This document shows positions 52,325-64,000 of a DNA stretch of 64,000 nt, piece after piece. Made by a program: the position numbers and the translations under genes. The DNA comes from Octopus vulgaris (lineage: Eukaryota), in NCBI GenBank assembly GCA_951406725.2, contig OX597835.1, positions 25,110,001 through 25,174,000 on the forward strand, read 5' to 3'. The notes under the pieces were generated by a model. The model was not told the origin of the DNA and searched no databases. It worked only from the letters and a program-made list of their open reading frames with translations. Numbering within the stretch: position 1 is the stretch's first letter; each line of letters begins with the position of its first letter.

Positions 52325-52515
52325 TTGTGCCCCTAGCATTGCTTGACAACTGATGCTGGTGTGTTTACATCCCCGTCACTTAGCAGTTCGGCAAAAGAGA
52401 CCGATAGAATAAGTACTGGGCTTACAAAGAATAAGTCCCGGGGTCGATTTGCTCGACTAAAGGCGGTGCTCCAGCATGGCCGCAGTCAAATGACTGAAAC
52501 AAGTAAAAGAGTAAA
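52113..52515 (+). mobile_element. SINE family A
   Basis: Full-length match to 22906-23311. Confidence 0.88.
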
Positions 52516-53310
52516 CGGGAATAGCTCTGGAACTCTAGTTTTTGTTATGTTGAGAAGCATTTAATTTAGTGGAACTGACGTAAGATATATATATCTGTAG
52601 CATTCATAAGTTCTGGAGCTTGAGTTTCGTCGTGCATTTTTCTTTGCAATGAGATTAAGCATGTTGTCTGAGGTAAGATAGATTTCAGTGTTACCGTGTT
52701 TATACATTCTCCCACACACACACATACACACACTCTTTCTCTTTATATTCTTGATGCAGTATACAAAGATCATACGCAGTTTGAATGAGATGGAGAGATT
52801 CTGGTTGTGTGTAACCTTCCAAATAGCAACAGCTTCCGTGTTTATCAGTGAATGCATCAATCTCCCCATCAAGAACTACCATCTTCTGTAGCTGCTGACA
52901 AGAGAAACATGCAGTATGACACGAGCCATGTGTTATTCTGGGCCACAACAACAAAGTTTTATCAAAGCTTATCATATATATTCCAAATTCTGGGTAAATT
53001 TATATATAAATACTTGTCTGCTGGTTGCAGTTTCTCTTCTGACTGCACCTTTGTGTGAAGTAGGAAGAGACTTAACGCAGCCTGGCATCACACTTTGGAA
53101 ACAGCACGCCAGGTGTGTCAGTATAAACACATACAAACACACACACATTTCGTAAGACAGTACAGCATTCATGTTGTACTTCATCTCGTTAACCAGGAAG
53201 CACCATTCTTACTGTATCTAAAATTACGCATAAAATATGTAGGTATAATCATTACCATCATTGGAGTTATTTGTGCTGGAATATTCTCTTTTTTTTTGGG
53301 GGGGGGGGTT

Positions 53311-53725
53311 GCTTGTTTCAGTCATTTGACTGCAACCATGCTGGAGCACTGCCTTTAGTCAAGCAAATCGACCCCGGGACTTATTCTTTGTAAGCCCAGT
53401 ACTTATTCTATCGGTCTCTTTTGCCGAACCGCTAAGTGATGGGGACATAAACACACCAGCATCGGTTGTCAAGCAATGCTAGAGGGACAAGCACATATAC
53501 ACACACATATATACGACAGGCTTCTTTCAGTTTCCGTCTACCAAATCCACTCACAAGGCTTTGGTCGGTCCGAGGCTATAGCAGAAGACACTTGCCCAAA
53601 ATGCCACGCAGTGGGACTGAACCCGGAACCATGTGGCTGGTTAGCAAGCTAGATGCCACGCAGTGGGACTGAACCCAGAACTATGTGGTTGGTTAGCAAG
53701 CTACTTACCACACAGCCACTCCTGT
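53311..53725 (-). mobile_element. SINE family A
   Basis: Reverse-complement match with a ~50 bp tandem duplication in the head. Confidence 0.86.
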
Positions 53726-54389
53726 GTAAGAATTTTTCCAATGTTTCCAGCCAGATCCACTATAAAACCATATTTGTGCTGTCATGCTCATACTTCTGTA
53801 ATAAAAATTATTTATATATTTGTAGATATATCTGTACATAAACACACAAATGTGTATGTATGTTTATACATTTATGTTGATATATAGATGCAGGCATGGC
53901 ATAGTTTTGTCAGTTCTTCCTATCAACAAATCATATGCATTCAAAGCCATGTAAAATGAATAATCCCTTACTTTAAAAACAAGGGTTAATATTGGGGAGG
54001 CCATCCAGCTGTGTAAATCAATGCCTTAAATTTGTCCATCCCATGCAAGCTTGAAAAAAAAAATGATCAAATAAGTAAAGGAATAATGTCTGTGAAACAC
54101 ACACACATACATACATTGTGAGCTAGAGGTGGAAAGAATTATTATTGAGGTAATAGAATGGCTAAATCGTAATTATAATGGGACAAAATGCCTTATAATT
54201 ATTATTACCACTACTACTTTTAATATTCGTATCAAGGATATTAGATTGAAGGATAAATGTTAGACAAAATGACTTGAAATATTTAGTTTTATTCCACAGA
54301 TCAATATAATGACCATCACCCCAAATATGTGTGGATTTGTGCCTGTGCCCAAAATGATAATAATAATAATTATTATTATTATTGTTATT

Positions 54390-54976
54390 AAAGCGGTGAG
54401 CTGGTAGAATCATTAGCATACCAGACAAAATGTTTACTAACATTTCATCCGTCTTGATGTTCTGAGTTCAAATCCCACCAAGGTTGACTTTGCCTTTCAT
54501 CCTCTTGGGGTCCGTGAAATAAGTACCAGTTGATCACTGGGGTCAATGCAATTGACTAGCTCCCGTCTCAGTTTCAGGACTCGTGTCTATAGTAGAAAGG
54601 ATTATTGTTAGGGTGATAGCAGAATCATTATAGTGTCAGTAAAAAAAAAATGCCTTGTAGTATTCCTTTCCACCCTTTACATTCTGAGTTCAAATTATAC
54701 CAACGTCAACTTTGCCTTTTCATCCTTTGGGGATCAATAAAATAACCAACCAACCACCTCCCTTCAAAATTGCTAGAGTTGTGCCTGACTTAGAAATTAT
54801 GATTATTATAAACATCATCATCATCATCGTCATCGTCATAATAATGAAGAACAAAATTTCAACAACCAGTTTTGCATGCAAACAAACAACCACAACAACT
54901 ATTCATTTTCTGTTTTAAAGGTTTCCTTGTTTTTCTACAAAGAAATTGCTAAAATTCATTAAAATGGCCTCATGTA

Positions 54977-55011
<35 letters not shown>

Positions 55012-55470
55012 TTTTGGCAGTGAGCTAGCAGAATCGTTAGCACACCGGGCGAATTACTTAGTGGCACTTTGCCTCAAATTCCGCCAAGGTCGACTTTGCC
55101 TTTCATCCTTTCAGGGGTCAATAAATTAAGTACCAGTGAAACACTGGGGTCAATGTAATCAACTAGTCCCCTCCCTCAAAATTTCTGGCCTTGTGCCTTT
55201 AGCAGAAAGGATTTTTATTATTATTATTATTATTATTATCGTTATCATTTAGCAGAGAGCTGGCAGAATCATTAGCATGCCAGGCAAAAGGCTTAGAAGC
55301 ATTTTGTCCGTCTTTACGTTCTGAGTTCAAATTCCAGCAAGGTTGAATTTACTTTTCATTCTTTCAGGGTCAATAAAAATAAGTACCAGTTGAACACTGG
55401 GGTCAATGTAATTGTAATTGACTCATCCCCTCTCCCCAAATTGCTGGCCTTGTGCTAAAATTTAAAACCA
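54390..55470 (+). repeat. Cluster of family B SINEs separated by (ATT)n
   Basis: At least 4 copies; a similar cluster lies at ~14830-15550. Confidence 0.8.
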
Positions 55471-56120
55471 TTAATATTATCATTTTTTTTTTTTTTTTTT
55501 GGAAAGCTTGTCATTTTGTTGAAAAGAAGAAAAAAAACACTCAAAAAAGTAATTTTTTAGAGGACTACCTTGCTTTTTCAAGTGCCACATATAACCAATT
55601 CTACCCTCCAACGCTCCTGATTCTAAAGACATATAAAAGAAGCAGTTAGACATTGCCATGCTCCGTTTTGTTTTGTTTGTTTGTTTGTTTTTTTTTCTGT
55701 TGTTGTTTTATAATTATATATGTCCTTTATCAGATCATTAATAAACAGAAAGAGAAAAAAATATACTCTGCTCATTATTTACTCATGTCTTGGTGTTTTT
55801 TCCTTTAATATTTTTTGTATTGTGATCTTTCAGTTACACAATGATTCATCATCATCATTGTCATCATTTAACGTCTGTTGTCCATGGGTTGGACAGTTTG
55901 ACCAGAGTTGGTAAGCTTAAGGGCTGCACCAGATTCCAGTCTGATTTGGCATGGTCTCTACAGCTGGATGCCCTTCCTAATGCCAACCAGTTTAATTTTA
56001 AATTAAAATGCATATGCAAGAAGCTCATGCTGGATTGGCCTTGTGTTTGTATGTTTAATCTTGGCATACCTGTTGATGAAGACTTCACCTAGCAAATTAT
56101 AATAGTGGGTAGTAAAGAAA

Positions 56121-56734
56121 GGATCTTTTCCTTTTGAACGGCAGATGTCAACACAATTTCTAGTTGACTAAGCACTTTTAAACTTCGTATACGGGTAGAA
56201 TGTGTTTATAAAACATCATTTTCTCTTGGTTTTATTGAGAAAATTCTATAGTTTGTAAGATATTTCCTCTTAAAACCTGAGCATTTTGGCAATTTTAACC
56301 AGTCGATTACCTCCATTCAACTAAAATCATTTGCTGCATCTAAAACTGAGACAACATCCTGTAACTAACCCTAAACCTTCCCCTAACCCAAAATTTTTTT
56401 TTCTTAATTGTTAAATTAATTTAATTCCATTGCTTTAGTTTTTTTTTACACGCGTAACAATTAAGGCAAAAAAAATTTAGGATTAGGGTTAGGGGGAGGT
56501 TTAGGGTTAGTTACAGGATGTTGTCTCAGTTTTAGACGCAGCAAATGATTTTAGCTCAAAAGAGAGCATAGGATTGGTTAAAATTCGAAAAGTTAAACTA
56601 CGTTAAACAAATTACAATTTTCTCAAGAAAGCCAAGTGAAAAAAATGTTTTATTTTGACACATTCTACCAGTATACGAAGTTTAAAAGTGTTTAGTTAAC
56701 TAGAAATTGTCTGCCGTTCAAAAGGAAAAGATCC
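56121..56734. mobile_element. Palindromic non-autonomous DNA transposon (long TIRs, Mutator/foldback-like)
   Basis: Ends ggatcttttccttttgaacggcaga...tctgccgttcaaaaggaaaagatcc. Arms ~280 bp; perfect 8-bp TSD taaagaaa; internal ccctaa/ttaggg repeats. Confidence 0.88.
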
Positions 56735-57720
56735 TAAAGAAATAGGTAGATCGTCTGCCATTACATTCTGAGTTCATATTCCACTGAGGTCGACTTGGCT
56801 TTCATCCTTTCGGGTGTTTATTAAATAAGTACCAGTTACGCACTGAGATCGATGTGATCGATTTAATTCCTTTTTCTGTCCTTGTTTGTCCTCTCTCTGT
56901 TTGGCTCCTTGTGGGCATTAAAGAAATAAATATTAGTAATTCAAGGAGTCAGCCATGACAGTGTCACAATTGGGCATGCCCGGAAATTACATTAAAGATA
57001 AAAATGCCTGTGGAATATTCCACAGTTTAAACTACGATCCAATGAATGTGTAGAATCATTTAATACTCGTCAAAGTTCTTGAAGGAAGTAGTGACATACG
57101 TGTGTGTATGTGTGTGTACATGGACACGTGTGTGTGTGTGGCTGTGGTTGTACGTCTGTGCGTGTGCGTGCGTATGTGTATGTGTGCATGCGTGAGTGTG
57201 GGTACGCGCATACGATTGTGTGTATGTGTGTGCGTGCACGTGTATGTATACACGCACGTATGCATGTGTGTGTGTGTGTATACATATATTTATATATATA
57301 TTTACACATATGCACATATTTATATATATACGTATGCATAGACACACACGTATGTTTAAAATACGCATTTTGAATGTTAATTATTTTACATGCAAAACTA
57401 TTAAAGTACACAACACTCGAAGAAATTACACACAGTCTGATATATATATACGTGTGTGTGTGTGTGTGCTTGCGTGCGTGTGTGTGTGTGTATACAAAAC
57501 AATTAGCTCAGGCATTTCATCATCTTAATGACCATTCCACTTGAGATGAAGAAACCTTTTATATATCCGCAACAGTTAAACAGTCAGGTTATAAAAACTG
57601 TTCGTCTCGTTACAGCTTATGTTTCACATATAATTGCAGATTAACAGAACACTTTAAAAACACAAGACTTGTAACGTACAACCGAAATACTGTCGCTAAT
57701 GAATTACATATATACACACA

Positions 57721-57773
<53 letters not shown>

Positions 57774-59443
57774 ATATATATGCACACATACACATATGCA
57801 TGCGTGCATGTGTGTGTATGTATAGTCATGCATGTATGTATAGTGCTCATTAACGAAGTATTTAAGATGTACACATATATACACATATTATACATAGTAT
57901 ATTTAATCCTTGTGTACTAATGAATAATTAAACGTTACACAAACAAGTCGACTATAATTTCTTCCTGTGTGTGCGTGTGTAATAACTAATTACATTTTCT
58001 AGATATATATATTTATATATTTATAACTATATAAACGAAGTGTTTAACATTATCATAAGAAGGTATGTGTATACATGCTGCAAACACACACACGCATATA
58101 TCTATAAGACTGTGAGTGTAAGTGTATGCATGCATGAATCTATAGAAATTTGAACAATGTGCACACACGCATGTGTGTGTGTGTGTATATATATATTCTA
58201 TATATATGTGTGTGTGTGTGTGTGTATGTATGTGTATATACGTGGATGTATATGCATGTATATTTACACACACATACACACACACACACACAACTATGTA
58301 TGTGATTAAGGTTGTGCATACCACACAATTCTCTTTAAAAATTATCCTTTATATACATACAGGCACAGGTGTGGCTGTGTGGTAAGAAGCTTTGAAATAC
58401 AGGTACAACAGAAACAGGAAGAAAGAGTGAGAGAAAGTTGTGGTGAAAGTGTGTGGTGTGTCTGTGTTTGTCCCCCCAACATCACTTGACAACCGATGCT
58501 GGTGTGTTTACGTCCCCGTAACTTAGCGGTTCGGCAAAAGAGACCACTAGAATAAGTACTAGGGGTCGATTTGCTCGACTAAAGGTGGTACTCCAGCATG
58601 GCCACAGTCAAACGACTGAAACAAATAAAAAAAAATAAAAAAATACCTTTATAAGTTGTGCAAATAATGTTTAGACTGACTTTGTTGGTGAGCATTAGTA
58701 ACAAAATATAAGAAAATAAGATTATACCTTAAATATAAGTTATAATTTCACACCTTATGTTATCCTTTACAAAATAGCTCTGCTTACCATAGTTAGGTTC
58801 TTTGGTGGAACTACAGTCTTGGGTCCAGCAAAGCCAAAACTGGGCATCAGGCAACAGGAATGTTGTCAAACATTTACAGCCTCCTTCCAGTTGAGCAATG
58901 TAGGCAGAATAAAGCATCACATTTAGCTTTCTGCAAAGGACTGAGTGAAGATTAACTACAACAACATTCTCAGGAAAACTCCGGGAATGAACGAGTCATC
59001 TGGCTGGTCTGTTCCAGATGACTTCCAAACTGGAGACTGAAATCTCGGCCTGGAATTTCTGCTGGAGAGTATTCATAGCCAATTTGAGATAAAATCTTGA
59101 GGCTGTTTATATGTTGTAAAGCACTTGACATTAGGAAAGGCATCCAACCATTCAAACAATACTTAGGTAGACATGGAAGCATGATGGAGCTCTTAGACAG
59201 ATTGGATCCTCTCAAGCCATTTAACCCATGTCAGCATGCAACACGGATGTTGGATGATGATAATGAGGATTAGAGCATTGGAGAGAATGCTTTGTGATGT
59301 TCTCTCTAACTCTGTGCTCTGTGTTCAAATCTTACTGAGATCAACTTTGCTTTTTACATCCTCTAAGTGCAAGTGGACTACGATTTTTGTGACAACACTG
59401 GTTCCAAACTGTGCTGGCACTAAAATGGCAGCCTTTTTCTTAA

Positions 59444-59664
59444 CCCTTTAGCATTCAGATTATTCTGTCAAATGTAATGCTTATGTAATCAAATTGTTTT
59501 TAATTAATCATGCAAAGACATCGTAGTATAGAAATTTTGAGGATGTAATTGCTTATTCTTAGAATGACATTGTAGGATAAGTATGCAAAGCCAGATCCTG
59601 CTAGTTTGAACATAGAACAAGTAGAATATTTGGGCCGGATATGGCCGGTTTAAATGCTAAAGGG
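59444..59664. mobile_element. piggyBac-type MITE family D
   Basis: TTAA TSD; ccctttagcatt...aatgctaaaggg TIRs. Further full or partial copies near 2708, 39020, 45615, 45915 and 50770. Confidence 0.85.
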
Positions 59665-59833
59665 TTAAACAGCATCAGTGGCAAACAAAGAGGAGGTTTG
59701 CATGCACAGGCAACTATCAGTTGTCTACAAGAAGAAAAAAAAATACCCCAGTTTGTCTAAGTTTGTGTATACAAGTGCATATAAGAGCCAACCCTGCTGG
59801 ACTGAGGTGACAACTGGTCAAGTGCAAGATACC

Positions 59834-60052
59834 TATTTCTTTACTACCCACAAGGGGCTAAACACAGAGAGGACAAACGGATTAAATCGATTATATCGAC
59901 ACCAGTGCGTAACTGGTACTTATTTAATCGACCCCGAAAGAATGAAAGGCAAAGTTGACTTCGGCGGATTTTGAACTCAGAACGTTGCGGCAGACGAAAT
60001 ACCGCTAAGCATTTTGCCCGACGTGCTAACGTTTCTGCCAGCTCGCCGCCTT
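59834..60052 (-). mobile_element. SINE family B, young insertion
   Basis: Perfect 22-bp TSD aactggtcaagtgcaagatacc (59812-59833 and 60053-60074). Confidence 0.9.
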
Positions 60053-60523
60053 AACTGGTCAAGTGCAAGATACCATTAATGCATTCTTTAGGAAGGAAGA
60101 TTCTGGTAATTACGACTGCACAGAAAACATATCCTATAATCACTGAGGAGCAGATAGACTGGAGTTGTCCCAGTTTGAACAAGGGAATTGAGACATGCAG
60201 TCATGTAGTTTCATAGAAAGGGCAAGATGAAACAGTTTGGTGAGGAGAAGATCTTATGCATATGAATGCAGTGTTTGATTGTTAAGTGAAGGGAGATAAC
60301 CTCAAAGAACCTATTGCCTTACCGAGTTGAAAAAGAGAAAACTTATCGACTTTATCAGTTGCTAAGCTAAGGGTATGTGAGTATATTGGGTATGCAGCAG
60401 CTATTCTGAAAATACCTCATGGAGTGACGATTATGACCTGTGTAGTTATGGGTTACCCTTTGGCAAGGCATAGCACAGGTTCAGCCACCCTGCCAGGGGT
60501 ACAGAAGTCATGGTATTGCAGTT

Positions 60524-61035
60524 TGGCAGACTGTGAAGAGGCAGTTGAAGAGCTCCACTGAGCCAACGGTGCTTCTTACATTGATGCTGAGAGGAAGAAT
60601 CTTGGAAGATCAATGGTGAGGATGACAAAGCTCTGTCAAGAGAGTAACTGTAATGCATCAATTGGGGGTGGTGGCCATGGTTGTGTAATCAGCTGATGAA
60701 AGACTCATTATAATTCAAGCTCCCAATTCAAATTCATTGTAGTGGAACTGATTGGTGAGGGAGAGTCGTGGGAACCCATGAAAGCAGCAGGGTGGATTGT
60801 GAAGAGGAAGCAAAAGGGCTCAACTGAGCCAACTGCGAGTCTTACATTGATGTTGAGTCGAGGAATCCTAGAAGATCAATGGTCAGGATCACCAAGCTCT
60901 ATCAGAAGAGTATCTGTATGCAGCCATTGGAGTGGTGGCCATGGTTGTGTAACCAGCTAACGAAAGATTCACTAAGACTCAAGCTCCCACTTCAAATTGA
61001 TAATAATGGAATTGGATGGTGACCAAGACTCATGG
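60524..61035. repeat. Diverged tandem duplication, ~267 bp unit
   Basis: Shared blocks such as actgagccaac, tcttacattgatg, gaagatcaatggt, gtggtggccatggttgtgtaa and tcaagctccca. Confidence 0.85.
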
Positions 61036-61576
61036 AAATGTTCAAAAACAGCAGAAAAAAAAGGCAAAAAGCATTTTTACTTGGCAACTGATGAAGTTAG
61101 TTGGACTTGTGGAGAGTTTTGTGGTATGTGTATGTAAACAGTAGTGAAAAAGTAGTAAATGTGTAGTTACTCTCTGGTAACATTCACTCAGCTGTGAATA
61201 GGTACCATGTGGAGGTAGAATTCATTGTTCTAAGTAGGAGAGGAAGTGTTATATAATGGGAAAATTCTACTGTGCCATATCTACACAACCACCACACAAA
61301 GCATGAGTCACAAAAAAAAAATTCTTCATCCCTGAACAATCAATGATGCTGTTACAAGGGATGTGTTTGCCCTACTCTGAAGAACTATCCAGGCCACCCA
61401 CACATCTAGGATGATGCCTCCGATATGAATATTTTACTGGTATTCGGAGTCAGAACCACAAAGCCCAATTATCCTATCGTTACACGACTGTGCATACACA
61501 CATCATTATGCACATGCATGCACACACACGCACGCGTACACACACTCACACACACACACATACACACACACACACA

Positions 61577-61617
<41 letters not shown>

Positions 61618-61679
61618 CAATGTGAAGTATTGACAGACATGGGTGCACGCACATTAATAAACACAGATGTGCTTACATC

Positions 61680-61730
<51 letters not shown>

Positions 61731-62472
61731 AAACGCATCTTTGTACAAATACACATCACCTGCATGCATACATCTATGCATCTATATGCACGTTAACGTG
61801 CACGTCTACAACTCGCACCACCACCACCCCGCACACTTTCACTAATTCTATAATTTACAAGCCACTATTCATTGGACATCATTATATTTACTCACAAACA
61901 CACACATATGAACACAAAGCGACAGGAAGACTGACAGTCAGACAGACTGGACAGACACACAGACAGACACGTACACAATGTCCAGTTGTGGTGACTAACT
62001 AATTACATTCAAACCCATCAACTCACCCCGTTTCTTTCATACTCTCTGGTCGGTGAGGAAACCATTAAAAGAACACAGATTTTTTTGGCAGTCCCTCCTA
62101 AATTTGAACCATTCAACCGTTCCAAATTTCCAGTTAAGAAAAGGAAGTGTGGTGGGGAGGGAGAGAGAGTGGGAGTAAGACATGTGAAGTTTCCGGAATG
62201 GTGAAAAAAAAAAGGTGATTTCAAATTGCCCATCATACCAAACACACCCCCATCAGCCTGAAGTCTATTGAGTTTTTTGTTATGCTTGATTGTGGATAAG
62301 GATTTTTTTTTTCTTTTGAGCCAGGAAAGAGTCTTTGTATTTATTTATTTACTTCATTCTTTCATCTGGCTACCCTGAATCTACCTGCATCTTCACACAC
62401 CTACCTTTTTTTTTGTTTTCAATATAGAAAGCCCTATAGAGGCCTTTTGTATATCTCAATTGCCATCTATCA

Positions 62473-62503
<31 letters not shown>

Positions 62504-62556
62504 CATACATACACACATATATATATACACACATATATATATACACATATATATAT

Positions 62557-62595
<39 letters not shown>

Positions 62596-62947
62596 TATAT
62601 ACACACACATATATATATACACATACACACACACACACATAGATACACACACACATGCACACATAAACAAGTGCACATATGCAAAAATACGCACACAACT
62701 ATACGTAATAAAACATTAATAACTTTGAAATCTGAAAAACTTGTGAGACTATCTAATTCTCTCTCTCTCTCTCTCTCTCACTCTCTCTTTCTCTCACACA
62801 CACACATACAAACACACACACACAAACACACATACAATTACACACAAAGCAATGCACAAATTTATATAAGCATTCATATCAACATGCTCATAAATTACAC
62901 ACAAAGCCATACATACAACCAAATACACACGTGCATATCTGAGTGCA

Positions 62948-62981
<34 letters not shown>

Positions 62982-63413
62982 ACACATTTTACCCAGTATG
63001 TATGTATTGTGTGTGTATACGATTCTTTGATATTCATTAAATTTCTGTAAAATTGCAAGACATAACCGGAAATTTTAGAACTGGTAATTGTGATGGTGTT
63101 AAAAGGGAGGAAGGGCGAAAGGTGGATTGTCTGCCATTGTGATATGCCTCTGATAATAGAACTATTGTTGATGCTGTTGGGTGGCCGCTTCTCCCTCTCA
63201 GACAGTGATGGTGGTGGAGACGGTGAGGGTGGTGGTGGTGGTGGTGGTGGTGGAGGTGTTCCTGGCATCAGAGATATTATTTTCATTGTGATTGTTGATG
63301 ATATAATTAACGTGGTGAATGTGGTGGTACAGTTAGTGATTGTGTTGTTGCTGCTGCTGTTGAAGTAATTACAATGGTATTTGACATCCATCATAAACAT
63401 ATATATATATATA

Positions 63414-63473
<60 letters not shown>

Positions 63474-63677
63474 TAAATACCCTGGATGCTGTAGGGTGCT
63501 TGACTACCTTGTCAGTCATAAGATAATTGTGTTCTCATGGTTGAGTTGTTTTGACTCTTATTTCTAGCAATGCTGGTGCAAACTAGTAGTCTTAGTCACT
63601 TTAGTGACATCTATAGTTCCATCTTTTGTTTGTAAATTGTGAATAAGCCATCTTTATTATAATTAATATATACATAT

Positions 63678-63716
<39 letters not shown>

Positions 63717-63717
63717 C

Positions 63718-63872
63718 TGGTGTAGGAGTGGCTGTGTGGTAAGTAGCTTGCTTACCAACCACATGGTTCCGGGTTCAGTCCCACTGCGTGGTAGCTTGGA
63801 CAACGGTCTTCTACTACAGCCTTGGGCCAACCAAAGCCTTGTGAGTGGATTTGGTAGACTGAAGCTGAAAGA

Positions 63873-63906
<34 letters not shown>

Positions 63907-64000
63907 TTGTCCACCCCAACATCACTTGACAACTGATGCTGGTGTGCTTATGTCCCCCGTAACTTAGTGGTTTGGCAAAAGAGACTGATAGAATAAGTAC
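63718..64000 (+). mobile_element. SINE family A, truncated by the window edge
   Basis: ggagtggctgtgtggtaagtagcttgcttaccaaccac head and body. Confidence 0.85.

Noticed and set aside
56364-56512. Interstitial telomere or chromosome fusion site
   Set aside because: Only a few degenerate units, placed symmetrically inside a TSD-flanked transposon.
62888-63472. 194-aa Pro-rich minus-strand ORF
   Set aside because: Built from (CCA)n, (CAA)n and dinucleotide repeats, with no recognisable domain or exon boundaries.

Overview
This is AT-rich, microsatellite- and retroposon-laden eukaryotic genomic DNA. The SINE, MITE and RTE repertoire looks like an octopod cephalopod (inferred, not proven). Most ORFs in the supplied track are microsatellite or repeat artefacts. 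The one real gene is the 3' part of a + strand fibroblast growth factor receptor (FGFR). I reconstructed 11 coding exons by hand (16671-42433), all with GT-AG boundaries and consistent phases: second half of Ig-III, transmembrane, juxtamembrane, split tyrosine kinase and C-tail. I found no Ig-IIIa exon, so bases 1-16670 appear to be part of a >16.6 kb intron. Points worth following up: (1) the kinase hinge reads VIVVYA, so the FGFR 'molecular brake' glutamate is replaced by valine; (2) candidate in-frame micro/cassette exons sit in the Ig-III intron; (3) candidate alternative terminal exons sit in the 12.9 kb last intron; (4) two different minimal type I hammerhead-ribozyme motifs lie just downstream of the gene, one inside a ~207 bp TSD-flanked insertion resembling a retrozyme. 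The window also holds a solo LTR, a FLYWCH-MULE remnant, a palindromic MITE with telomere-like repeats, a four-layer TE nest and several intronic hairpins. Repeat coordinates are read by eye and may be off by a few bases.
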